A DNA stretch of 64,000 nucleotides from Pocillopora damicornis (taxonomy: Eukaryota): positions 62,001-126,000 of the forward strand of contig NW_020845690.1 of NCBI RefSeq assembly GCF_003704095.1. Direction: 5' to 3'. Made by a program: the position numbers and the translations under genes. A model generated the notes under the pieces. That model ran no database searches. It had not been told where the DNA came from and was given only the letters and a program-made list of their open reading frames with translations. Of this stretch, positions 36,752 through 50,200 are shown in pieces. Each line of letters starts with the position of its first letter. Within the stretch, counting starts at the first letter, position 1.

Positions 36752-39700
36752 TTATTTAAATTTCTTTCCCTTTTTCTCGCCAGCAGCAAATTTCTTTTTC
36801 TTGCTCGGCATTCTGATCTCTTGACTGTTCTCTCCTTCGTCTAAGGGCCTCTTCTTTTTCTCTTGCAACTCTCGGAGCTCCTAAATGGGAATGGGACGAA
36901 TCTTAGTTGGAGAAAAACAAGAAGAATCGGGAGGATGTGGACAAGATGTGCCAGTAGGGGAGTGGTTGGGGATCCATTGACTCTGGGACTGTCATGAGCA
37001 ACCCGGCTTTAAAGGGTGAAATTTAGTGCCCAGCCGGGATACCCAAGGAAACTATTTTAACTCTTTTATCGATTCATGTGTGAATATTTTACAGGTTTTA
37101 CTCAGACTGCTGTCAGAACAGAGTAATTTAGTTTTCATTAATTGAGTTAATAGAGTAAACTGGCCACTGTGAAAAGTTCCAAAAACTGACGTCAACTTTG
37201 TTAGCCCTTCGTCAGGCGTATCTTGCTCCAATTTATCGAGTTTCGATGGAGCCTTCTCATGAATCGACGTGAGTTCCTGCAGCTGCTGACGAAAAGTGCG
37301 GCATTTGTAGGATTTTTAACATGAACCTTCATCTTCCCTTGTATGAACTAAGGGAAATAGGTTTGGCGGAATTTTTTTTCCGGTAACTAACTTCTACTCT
37401 GTGAGGGAAAAACGGGAAAAAATCGTATGTACACAGCGAACGCGAAAAAGCTTACTTTCGCGTAGAAACAGCAAAGCGCAACCAGCAAACGTGAAAAAAT
37501 GACGGGAAAATCGTGGTCACGTGGTCACTCTTGCCGCTGACATTTCACTGAAACGCAAAGCTAAATCTCTCTATTAAATAAAGGCCTTGGCTCCGCCTCG
37601 TGTTTCACCTTTTTATTCCTTCCAAGTTTTGACGTTATCTGTGTTTTATTACTGAACAACAGCGCGGCAACATAGAATCTATTTTTTCAACTGCATACAC
37701 ATGTCACATACAAGCACACTTGAATGTATGGAGTCAAATGCGGGGGAATTCTTACCATCTTAGCGTATCTCTGTGCCTCTGTCACTCGTTCCATCAGTAA
37801 CATAACTTCCTCCTCCACTGTGGGGTACAGAGGTAGTTTTTTGCCTATAAGCTGCTCGATTCGTTGGTATAATTCCACGTCATACCTGTAAATAAAACAA
37901 GGACTGCTCAGATCTCTATTAATCATGGAGTGGAATGTGAGAGGAAGATAAAATAAATTTGAATAAAAAACTTATGTTTCCTTGTTTGTCACATTTTGAT
38001 GGAAAACCAAACCTTGGTAGCTAACATTGCGATTTGTCACGAAACTCAATCTAAACCAGTTTGAGATGCCTAAAAAAGATTCAATCCATCCGCGACGATT
38101 AAAGCCGGAAATTGAAGAAAAACTTACTGAGTAACGAAGGTAATAGAGCGCCCAGAACGACCAGCTCTAGCTGTTCGTCCAACTCGATGAATATAATCCT
38201 AAGGAAGAAGAAACAAGAATGAATGAGGGGAAGAGCCTAGTTGTCAACTTGACATGATAGTTAACAAGAACGTTCAGAAACACCTAAGGAATAAGTAGTT
38301 ACAATACGAAACAAGGTTAGGGATATGGGTACACGAAGTTTGATATTTCAACTTTTCACGAGATTACCGCAAATTGTTCTCTGTAAATTTGCAAGCAATG
38401 TAGCAAACTTGAAAGGTTAGCCCTCTCACTCCAAAGATCTCACTGGTAATTCTTCTTACTATCTGCCATACAATTCTTAAAAGGTTGGTTCGGAACATCT
38501 GGAAGTTAACTAAACGGTTAAAAGCTGAACTGGTTTTATCGAAGCCCGTGAATGAGCAGGTAACAAGTTGTTTCCTACTTATGCATACGATAGCCTCTAC
38601 TTAGCTTCATAAATGGCTTAAATATTTGTCCTTGGACATTATCTGTGACTCGAAACTTAGATTTTTCCCCGAAAACCATTTGCCTTTCGGAACAGAGAGC
38701 ATGTTTTCGAAAAAAGTGGAAGTTTCTGTTTCTATACATTGTATGCATGTTTGTACCTTGGAATGTGTTGGTATATCAAAATTAATAACAACATCCACAT
38801 GTGGAATGTCCAGACCCCTGCTAGCCACATCTGTGGCGATCAGAATTGAGCGGTCTTTGGACTTGAACTTGTTCAGGGCGCCGAGTCTTTTTGACTGAAA
38901 ATAGAAAAAAAATACTTGTGAGCTGCAGTTACTCGACCTCTCTTAAGAATTTGAAATTATCTCCAATACCATACATAGGGTAGATGTAACGCAATTGCAA
39001 GAATTTTCATTTTATTTTCCCCAAGCACAACAACGCTACAAGTTGAAGAAAAGCCGAGTTTCTCCTGAAGATAAAAAAAAAAGCTGATCACTTTGTGTGC
39101 AAAGAAATTACCAATAGACTACATCTACAAGGGGGTTTCACTATGGTATTTTTGCTTACACTTGTGTACTTGCATATACGCGACTACACTTTACTACCTA
39201 TAAGAACTGAAACAAACGTATATTTTGGTTGCGAGCAAGGATTTTGCCTTACGGTCCTTCTCCAGACACAGCTGCCAATTACAACATGGGCAGCCAATTG
39301 TGGAAAAAGCTATTGAACCCCTGCTACAGTTTGTATACTCTAAGTTTGAAATATGTGCATTTAATATTTTTATTGTTAGTTGTTACAGTTACTGTCTTTG
39401 ATACCTGAGTCATCTGTCCATGAAGAGGCACAGCCTGGAGACCGAGATTTCTCAGCATGAGTGTCACTCTGAAAAAAAAAATACAATTATCATGGATGTC
39501 TGCATCTGACTAGAGTTTTGGCTTTTAAACAGTTACACCTTAACATCAGTATGCATATTCTCCATACTGTTCTCTCTAGATTTCTCAAGGTGCCGCCAAG
39601 GAGAATTTGTAAAGCAATCAAGAGCTTTTTCTGTAGGCAAACATTTCATTCATGATTGCGACCTTAAAGTGTGACTCTGGGGTGATACGGTAAGGAGAAA

Positions 39701-42700
39701 TTAGATTCTTGTCACCCTTAGAGTCAAAGAGTTATTTACCTCTGCACATTGTTACACGTGCCACAAAACACCATGAAACTGTTTCCAGCCAGTTCATTGA
39801 GGACAGATACAAGATAACAGTCCTGTGGGCAAAAATTAATCACTCATTCAAAGATGAACAGGACTAACAGTAGGAAGAATTATCAGGTGGCAAAAAATTT
39901 ATAATAAAAAGGAATTTCAGCATTAATCTCACAAAAACTGTCAGTGTTTTCAGAAAGAATCAGATCAGGTGACAAAGGAGTAGGCAGGAGAAATCAAGTA
40001 CTGGTCACTGGCAGGGGTCAAAGTCTTAAAGGAATCAATGGCACCTCATTACAAATCTTTGTCCAAAGTGGATTCATCAATAGTGCCAAGAGCACATTCA
40101 TTACCTTAAATTTGTTTGGTATAAACAAATAACTCTGCTGTAACTTGTCCACAGTGGTGTATCTTAAAAGAGAAGGAAATTCTGTGATCTGAGGCTATAG
40201 TACATTCAATATACACAACCCTACTTGATAATTGCTACATTGTTGTCACACAGAGAGCACCAAACAGGTAGGAACACCACATACTTTGTTGCAACTTCAA
40301 CTTTAACAGGACTTTGTAGAGAAGCTCTTTGAAGCTTTTGAACCTGTGACAAAATGCAGGTGAATCAGATTTAAAAACACAGTATATGGGGCATGTGATA
40401 TTGCTATTATACAGTCTCAATTTTTTCACTGATGTGCATTTTTCCAATATAGCTTGCTGTTATACCTTACTGTTACTGTTAGAGAAAAATAAAAATAATG
40501 TCTTTTGATTTAATATAATGACAGTCTGAAATAATCTTTTTTCCTTTCTGTCTGCAATCTACTCTCCCTTCCAAAATAAACAAATAACATATTGTACAGT
40601 GTTCAAAATAAATACAGCTGATTATTCTTCCAGGTAACTATTGGTATTTTATTACTATGAAATACAAAATATCGGTCACCTTTTTTGTCATGGTTGCAGA
40701 GTACAAATATGTTCTTCTCTCTCTAGGAATTATCTTCAATATCTTGTCCACCTAAAGTTCAGCAAATGTGAGAGTCTCTGTTCAACCTAATGATACTTCC
40801 CTCCTCTCAGTTTTGTAAGAGACCTTACAGTGAAGACGACAATACCAAGGGAGTTATTAAAAAAAAAAAACTGAAACTATACTTGTACTAGTTAGAATTT
40901 TGTGAATGGCTGGATGTGTTTGAGGTATGTGAGTAGCGATGGGTTCCAACCGAAAACTTATCACCAAATTTGGGTGTTTTTACCATTTCGCTTTGCAGAG
41001 ATCGGCTAGGGAAGGTACAAAGTTTTTAAATGCATGTGCTGTGCTATTGTTTTGCCAATTACATCTTCTGTTCTGCCATATCCTTGTTGCCATTGACGTT
41101 TTTGGTTTGCATAAGCTCCCTAATACCAACTATTTTTTTAAATTTGTTTATGTACACAATGCACTATACAAGCACTATCCTTATTGAAAGCAAAAAACCT
41201 CTTTCAATACTCCAACTGACTTGAAATTCAATTCATCAGGAACAAAACAAGCAAATACATACAACACTACATGTCAACAAAAACTGACAAATAAAAAGAA
41301 ATAGAGATTCCAAGATAAGTTTCTCTTCTGTTTCTAAGAGCCCATGCAAAGTTGTACTAATAAAGATAATTTTTAAATCAATTTATTTTCTATCATTTCT
41401 TTCACATACCTCTTTTTCGAAATCAAGATTTAATATCCTATCAGCTTCATCCATTATCTATAAGTACAAAGTGAAAGAATTAGCAAAAGATTACCTTTTT
41501 AAATTTGTATTCTGATCATTTGTGACCCAGTGACAAGGTAAAGAGATTTGGAAAACATTGTACAGGTGTATATGTGGGGATAAACTTGTCTCAAAAGTAA
41601 CAAGAGTAATTGCAACAATATTCACCTACCAGATATTTCAGAGTTCTTAAATTGAATCCTTTTGTGTTTTCTAAGTGATCAACAAGCCTTCCTGGTGAGG
41701 CTAAAAAACAGAAAATTTTTGAGTGCCTATTTCTCCTTGGTGGAAGTAAATGTCACAAACATATTTATGACAAGATCAATTTGTTACAGATACAGAGTGT
41801 AGATGATAAATAAATCATAATAATTGAACATTACATATCTCTGATTTTAACTTATTGACTATTTTCTGTCAAATCTGATAGGACAATTTATCTGTTGGGG
41901 TAATAAAACATGTAATAACAGTTCTGGTTTGCTGATGTTTTAAAGCATAATGCAATGGTTCTCCCTTATTTTAAGAAGGACTAGTGAAATTAAATTTTTA
42001 ATAAACCTGTACAGCAATCCTTCTACCTGTTAAATTTTCAGGAATTCCAAGTGATTTTAGGCAATTGCAAAGGTACTAGAGGCTGTAAATTTTACCAGTT
42101 ATCGCCTGAAAAGGGCTGAAAGAATGTCTTTTTCTCCAATGTCAAATTTTGCAGTTACCCTTGAAAATTTGTTTCACAACCAAAAGTTAACTTTGGGACA
42201 ATGTTACAGCTTTAAACATCACCACATCATCATCACAATAATTTTTTAAAAGAGGTTTAAGTGATATACATGTATATGCATTTCAAGTGGTTATTGATAA
42301 GATAAAGTTATAAATAAGGTACTTTTTCATTACCTATTATGATGTGTGGCTTTTTTGCTAACATGAGAGCCTGTGACATCATATCAATTCCCCCAACTAT
42401 TACAGCTGCAGATAATTGAAATATATAGTTTAGTCACATCTTGATGATATCAAATGGTCAAAAGTCATGTGGTACTCAACTCAAATGTTACAGCGCTCTT
42501 TGATTGAGTGCAGCAAAACCAAAACCACAGTTATGACAACAACCAGTAAGAAGAAGAGAGAAAAATACCACAACAGTAAGAACCCATGAGAACTTAAACT
42601 AAAACCAAGCAAACTATCCAAAGCCTGGGGAAACACAGGTGGCCAAGCCATAATTGGTTCTAGTTTTGCATCATTCTGTAATTGGTTGAGAGTGTGGTAC

Positions 42701-43998
42701 AAGTTTTTGAGACCAATCACAGAGCAAAGCAAAGCAAAAAACAACCCAATCTTAGATTACAAAATTAAAACACTCACCACACTTCACTCCAATACTTGCT
42801 CCTAAGGCTTCAAACTGTTCAGAAATCTGAAATGCCAGTTCTCTGAGTATGCCAAAGAATAGAGTATAAAATAATGACTATTAAGTAAACTTTTATTATC
42901 ACTGATTAAAAAAAATATAAAAACAATGAACAATCTTTAAAAATTCTCTTTCCATAACTTCACATACACTAAACTTTAAAAGGCTGGTGAGTTAACCTGA
43001 GCATATGAAGTAAGAAAACAACCTGGATTTGAGGAATACAAACAATCAAACCTTGTTGGTGTTAGAATAAGGGCATACAATCTCTGCGGATTTTCAAGTA
43101 GCTTCTGAAGAACTGGAAGAGCAAATGCTCCTGTCTTCCCAGAACCTGTTTCTGCTAAACCAATTATATCATTGCCTGCAAAAAAGAGTATAAGATAATC
43201 CAAAGCATATTAAAGAATCAAAAAACTGGTAAAACACTACCAAGTTTTCAGTGCAAGAAAAAATGGCTAAGTTGACACTTTCAACAAAATGGAAAGAGGG
43301 GCCAGTGTGTATTCTTTTATCTGATGGAATGTGTCATGTCATATACCCATGGTGTATGGTGTGTCCCTTTCTTATTATCAAACAATTATGATGTGTTTCC
43401 TCTCTATTGACATAAGCCATCAACATGAGGTGTTTAATCCTTACTGCTGGTTCTCCTCTCTAGGTGACACACATTTCCTTGTAAATTAGTCACGAGAATT
43501 TGGTGTTAGATCAGGATAACAAATTCTACCTGATAAATTTGAATATTCTCATGACCTGTTTGCTGGATAATGTATGGATGTTAAAGGGAGAAGTTGCATG
43601 TTGATCACTTCTGAGAGTTTAAGTGTTAAAACAAAAAGACCACCAGGACAAGGTCCTCAACCCTAATGGCTCGATTTTGGATTGCCTGTCATTAATAAGC
43701 ATTCTCTACTGAATAAAATATGAAATATTCTCGAAATATTGCCAAATTTTACCAATAACTACCTTGTAAAGCAACTGGAATGGCTTCTCTTTGTATCTTT
43801 GTGGGTGACTTCCATCCCAATTGTTGGCAGGCTTCACACAAAACATCAACAATTCCCTTATGAAAACATCAAAGGCCAAATTACAAAGTTTCATTTGAGA
43901 GCCTTTATCTAGAAATGTGTATTATAACCCCTTATTACCAGTGATTTGAAAGTAACGTCTTCTCCATCTTTATCAACTTCGTCTTCGACGGCCGCCAT
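36752..43998 (-). CDS. DDX47: DEAD-box RNA helicase DDX47/Rrp3, ~16 exons
   Basis: Starts MAAVEDEVD at 43998. Contains Q motif [69 protein letters not shown] and [17 protein letters not shown]. Basic tail ends at TAA 36752. Confidence 0.96.
37118..37215 (-). mobile_element. Decayed copy of the hammerhead-bearing repeat (DDX47 last intron)
   Basis: Minus strand reads CTGACGAAGGGCTAAC..ACGTCAG..CAGTGGCCAGTTTAC..AACTCA..ACTAAATT; the GAAA box is lost. Confidence 0.65.
42490..42775. repeat. Decayed interspersed repeat (probable MITE) in a DDX47 intron
   Basis: Ends TTGATTGAGTG and ACACTCA, with CCAATCACAGAG and GTAATTGGTT motifs inside. Confidence 0.4.
43434..43629. mobile_element. piggyBac-like MITE, family C
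   Basis: Interior ACACATTTCCTTGTAAATTAG..GAGAATTTGG..TACCTGATAAATTTG..TCACTTCTGAGAG is shared with 54533-54744 and, reversed, with ~9657-9823. Confidence 0.75.
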
Positions 43999-44217
43999 TT
44001 TGAAAGTTTCTAACATGTGAGAATAGCTGTGTAACCACGTCAGGTAACCAGGCCAAGCAACCTGTGGAGCCATGGAAACGGCGCAAGATGGCTGTTTGAG
44101 TCTTGTTTTTTTTTTGGCCCTTTTGCTTTGCTGAAGAAATTCTCTTGCTTGATGTTGTAGATAATGGAAACTGATCAACTTTTTCGGATGTAGACACTTT
44201 ATTAGCAATTTAGCATT
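43999..44217. promoter_or_regulatory. Probable bidirectional promoter DDX47/HEATR9-like
   Basis: 219 bp between divergent ATGs; YY1-like CAAAATGGCGGC over the DDX47 ATG and CAAGATGGC at ~44084; CRE-like CACGTCA at ~44036. Confidence 0.7.
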
Positions 44218-47200
44218 ATGTCTTCTCAAAGGGCAGATCAGGTCACGTTATCGGACAACAAACCTGTGATAGGGCTTCGTCCGATCAAGGAAAGGAACAA
44301 GAGATCAGAAGCTTTGATTAAGGAACAGGTATGTGTAGTCTAGATTTAACCGAGTTTTTCTTTGAATAAATTGTACTTGTTAAGTCACCTTCTTATGATT
44401 TTAGAAAGCAATGAATTATTTAGATGACATTTAAAGAAGTTAATTTTTAATTTAGGAAACCGTCACAAAAACGGTCACCACAAACGAATTTGGCGTGGAG
44501 ATGGCCCAAAATGTCAAAATTGTGTATGAAGTGATATCTACAGGGTTCTTTCTATAAAATCATAAAAAAAGCGTACTTATTGCCATGTAGAATGTACTTG
44601 ATTATTGATTTGTCCTACCTAGCTTCTTATTATGAGAGGAACTCAGGATGCTCTACAGAAAACCCTACAGAACCTTGGAAAAGCTGCTGCAGAGGTTAGG
44701 TCAATAATAATGTAACATTTGCTTGTGATCATATGCTCAGAGAAGACTCTCACACTTGGTTTCAGATCAAGGGGCATCAGAAAAACCCTTTAGGGTTAAC
44801 AAGTGATTCAAAGTACATTTACATTTACTTACATCCGGGTGTAATGAGTTGCAAATTGTATTAATTGCTATAATTCAAACTTGAAGGCTTTGTCAATTTT
44901 TGGAATCTCATTAGCCTTCTTAGATGTGTTAGAATTTTAATATTTTTAATAGCAGTGTGACAAAGTTAACTGCCACTAACCTAGAGGCTGACTTCAGGTT
45001 TGCAGTCAATCCTCACAAGTGTAGGCTCAAATTAAATTTTGGAGTCTGATTAACATTGGGTCTCTTCTGAGTTCTTGAGAAGTTTGGTAGAGAATATTTT
45101 TCAGTTGCAGATCCAGTTTGTTTTTTCTTTTTTTCTTTTTTTTCTTTTTTTTTTCGTGTAGTTACTTCCCCCACCCCACCCTCCCTTTTCTTTTTTCAAT
45201 CAATGGGGGGGGGAGGGTGGTTCAATCTTCGGACTAATAGGTCACAGTGGAAATTTGTGGATACATTAGGTACCCACTCACTTTAATTATAGTGATTTTC
45301 TTTCAGTTCTTACCTTTTGCAATCTGCTAAAATTTGCAGAATTTGTTTTCTTTTTTACATTAATATCCCAGTATGTGACTGTGAGATGATATTTTATCAC
45401 TTTCTTGTGACATGTCCTAATTTTCATTACTTTCAATTTCTTTGACAGGATGATCATGAAAAAAGTAAGGAAGAATTAGAGCAACTATTCGGCAAAAGTG
45501 AAGAGTTGCTTGTAGTTATTCAGGTACTCAGCATAATAAGCTGCCTAATTAGCTGTACCTAGCTAAATGAGTCTGTGATGCATACATTGTGGTTCAAATT
45601 TTCTTCTTGTTCAAACTCTCAAAATAGTATCATCAACTTTTATTTTTCTTTCTCTTGAATTTACCTCTGTAATCAGGATGATGATTGACATCCATTCAAA
45701 AGAAAAAAGATATATGAATTGGCTTAAAAAACCCTAACCTAAGAAAAAGTTGAACCTCAACATATGCAAATATTGTATTTGTAATTAGAATAGAATAAAA
45801 TTTGTCGCTATTAGGTTAAGGAATTAATTTATTTTTTATTGCTTTGTAGGTTTTGATGAAGATTCGGAATGAGCTAGCATATGCACAACTAGACCTGGAG
45901 AGAGCTATAAAAGTTAATTCTGGGGTAAGATTCCAATGAAATTACAATGATATTCGTATGAGAATTTAGGCGCTAGTCACTTCCAGTGGTCAAAGATCAC
46001 AGAGTAGTGAGAACCTGAAAAATCTCCTCCCATAGTTGATTGATGTCAATATTGATTCTCCCCCTTGCAGCAATGGTCTCTCTCCGGTTTGATTAATTAT
46101 AGTATCTGATTGATTATTTTAAAATGTCTGATCATTTGTTTGTATTTTTAACACTTATGTACTTAGGTTGATGCAGCCAAAAAGAGGGTGAAATGGCTTC
46201 AAGACAGACTGGAAAAAGTACTGCTTACAGCTAAAAGCTACTGTCACTTATACAACAGGTTGTTGCTAGCAAGAAGCAAGGTACTAAGCTTTGCCAAATA
46301 GACTGATATTATTATGCTTTCAGTAAGCGTAATGGTTCACAACTGATGACGAGAGATAAATACAGTTTATGATCTTACAGTGTTCATTTTCTATCATACA
46401 CCTTCCATGGGAACTAAAAAAATGTTAAATGTACTTCAACTAATTAAAAGCTATTTCTTTCAAACCAGACCCCTGAGACCCCTGAATTAGGATTAAAAGA
46501 TCAGATTTCTGAAAAGCTGTGGAATCAACTCACAGAGGGACAACAACAACTACTTGATAATGAAAAAGGGAGACCAGCTAGTACACTGGACAACAAACAG
46601 GCAGCATCTATTGTGAAGGAAATTGCTAAAATGCAGTTAGCAGGCTCCAAGGCACTTGGTAACCTATAGATTTTTCTGAACATCATTTTCATTTCCTTAA
46701 AATAGATTCAAAACCTGGAAGCTAATGCTTGTGTACCTGAATATACAATTACACTGTTACTATACCGTCGTACAACTGACCCATCCCAGAAACAAATCCC
46801 TGAAACATGAAATCTTCTTTTCATAACCTTATTGTAGTTTTCTAACAAAGGTGAGACAACAGACACAAATATATTAAACCATGTTACTTTTCTAAAAGCC
46901 CCAGTTTTGAAAAGTTGGTGACAGTTATCTCACAACTCTTTGCACTTTGTCATCTTACGAAAATCATCTTTGTCATCTTTGTCATCTTACGAAAGTTCAT
47001 CACCTCTCTTTCTTGATATCTGTCTTGGATAGGGCCAACCTGTAAAGAGAGTTTTCCCTAAATACACATCTCTGCATAGAGATCTAATGCATACAAACTC
47101 TTTTACTTTGTAGGATCAATCTCAGCGACTTCTGTTGATGAAAAGGAAAGAGATGATCATCCAGTTATACACGTAGTAACTGACACTGTTCTACAGAATG

Positions 47201-50200
47201 AGAAGGAAAATACTTTCAGAGAAAAGAGCTTGTCTCAAAAAAGGTAATGTTGAACTGCTATCAGTGGCTTAAGAGCCTGACTAGGTTGATGTTAATTGAT
47301 AAAGTCCTTTGATATTTTGAAGTTATCATAAAATTTAAAGAGATCTTCTCAAACAGGAAACAACGGAAGAGGTCACATGGCTCCAAAGGTGGTAGTAATC
47401 AGTCATCATCTCACAACTTGACGCAGATGTTTCCTCCAACAACTCCAAAGGAGGATCAGTCTGATCAAGAATCTGATACCACCGCTGAACCACAATCAGA
47501 ACCAGAGGATTTTGATGATCAACGATCTGTTTCTGTGGTTAGTTCTGTGGGCATTCATGACTTAGAGGGACATGAAGCTGATACCAAGGACATTCCAACA
47601 ATGGAGGTTTCTGAGATAGCTAATACACTATTTGGTATGTTATGAATTAATGATCTTACTCTTTAACCGCTTAGAGTGACTAAAATCAAATTTTTTCTTT
47701 CCGTGTCACTGCTAAACCAAACATTACCACTAAAGAAGCTCTTGTTTTTTCAATAAATTTTCCTTGTCAGTAAAATAGCAAATGTAGAGAGAACAGAATG
47801 GAGAATGTGTATACTGGTGTAATTTTGTAAAGGGTTAAGGTTACCTCCTGTAGGCTAAGTAACCCATTATGCCTGGTTTGTATCCATGAAGATATCCATG
47901 GAATGATTGTAGCAAGTAAAACTAATAATAATTGTAGCTACACATCCTGGATGGAATGCAAGCTCATCATGGGTAAGAATAGGTCAGCAGGGTATCAAGT
48001 TTCCATGATAGTTGGTTAGGAGTCCTATGACTTTGCATGCTCCTGGGAGGAGAGAGACACAAGTGTCAGTTGTCTAAGAACACAACATGCAAGGGCTTAA
48101 CATGCTCAAATTTCAAATTTTCATGATTGTGTACTGTCATTTGGTGGATTTACACTGTAAAGCAATGGTTAGCCCTTTACACCTTAACATTAGTACGTAC
48201 TTACATACAGTATTGACCTGGAGAATTTGTTTAACAATCAAGAGCTTCTTGAGTGAGAAGCGAGTCACACTTGGAGACTGAAGGGTTAAAAAGATTGGCC
48301 ATTTCTTCAGTTTACTTCACCAGTGAGAATCCTTTTCCTGGTGGTTTTTGCAGTCTGTGTGTTTTTTTCTTTAGCTTGAATATTGAAGTCTATGTAACAC
48401 TCTGAATCAGCTTTAAATCTTCTTGTTGTTGCCTTTTAGGTACAGAAGGTTCACCAAAAAGCAAAACTGACAGAGCAAGGCTTGGAAACTTGAGAGCAAT
48501 TTCTACAGCAGACACAAGGAACGAGGAAGGTGAAAACATGGATGATGATGATAAGGTCGCAGAGTACTGGAACTCAGATCATCACAAGTTCGAATGGTCA
48601 AATTATATGCAGAGTCTTGATTCGCGTTCTTGGCATGCCCTTGGGCTGGGAGTACCTGAGAGTTTTTTGTCAAGAGGTCAGTATTTTTATTACTTAAGAA
48701 TATGTAGTATAGCTCCAAATCTCTGATCACCTGAGGGAGGTTCTTAAAGGGGCCATTATTGATGACAGTGACTGATATCTGAGCAACAAAATGTCATCAC
48801 CAGGGACAACTGATTAAATACAATTTAATTAATTATATATTTACGGTATTTATCTTTATTGAAGATGCCAACTTCATTTATTTATAAATTAACAAATTAT
48901 TTGAAGGTCCTTCTATATTAAAACCATTAAGAAGTACTCACATGATGATAAAAGTTTAAAAAAATGCACTGTAATAGTACATGAAGAAGGGGAGAAAAAA
49001 AATTAAGAATCCAGTATCTACTGAATTAATAAGGTTGTTCTCTGTGAGCTGAATATTTTGATAGTCAATCATGTCATTAAATTATTAGAAAATCATTTCC
49101 TTAGTTCCACTTTTCTCTGATTTGCAGAAAAGCCACATTTTGACCCAGAACTTCCTTGGAAAGAGAAACCAATGAAAGTCACCAGTGTCATTGATGTGCA
49201 TGTATGTACATAGATTATAAGCATGGTATTAAAACTAATCCTTTACACTTTAACATCAAATTGAATATGCAAGTTCTCAATACTGTTCTCTATATACATT
49301 TTCTACGGTACTTACAAAGAGAATTTGTCTAACACTTGAGAGCTTCTTGAGTTTGCAATCATTTCCTGTATTCTCACAACCTTAATGTTTGATTCAGGGG
49401 GGATACTGTTGGGAAAAATTGGATGCTTATAAAGAATAATTGGAAGTTTTTCATGAAGTGATGATGTGGTTTACAAAATTGTTCTGCTCAAGAATATTTT
49501 CTGATCAAATGGGTGAACAAAGCAGACACTTAATATGTGACTCTCCACTTCAACTTTGCATGGAAGTTATGAATGAATAAACCCACCTGCCGAAAATGGA
49601 AATTATACTTGCAAATCATTTGTCAAACTGAAAAGACTTCACCAGACAATTTACTGGTAATTTGCAACCTGGTTTAAAGGATGTTCTTTATTATCATTTT
49701 TTTTTCCCTACAGAAAATTGCACTTGACAAGTTGCTGTTGAGACTTCACAAAATGTATGAGGCAATTGGGCAAGCCACTCAGACAACAATAGACCCCATT
49801 TTGAAAGATCAAAAAATTGAGACAGTGATGGGAAAACTTGAACGTATGTTAATTTACAAAAGTCATCAATTTGACAGCGACATATATGTGTGCAAATTTA
49901 CTGAGCTACTTTTGTCAGATCTAAATTAAATGCCTTTCTGCCTTTGTTCTGTACTCAGTTACATAATATAACAATTCTTTGGAAGGTTTTGCTTTGCGTA
50001 AACTTCAAATACTTTGCTGCATTTTAATGAAAGCTGTGTTTCTCTTTCTAGTGGAAGTAGAGGGAGGCTCAGCTATGGAAAAACAGCAGGTAGAGGATTT
50101 CATTTCTGGAAAAAAATTGCCCTAATAAGTTGAAGATATATAATTTTTGATTTCATTAAAATGTTCAAAAAACCTAATTTTGGTATTTTCAGAAGCCTGC

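Noticed and set aside
49459-49504. Box C/D-like GTGATGA..CTGA
   Set aside because: Too short (~46 nt), with no terminal stem or evident rRNA guide. No convincing snoRNA was seen in TSR3 or DDX47 introns either.
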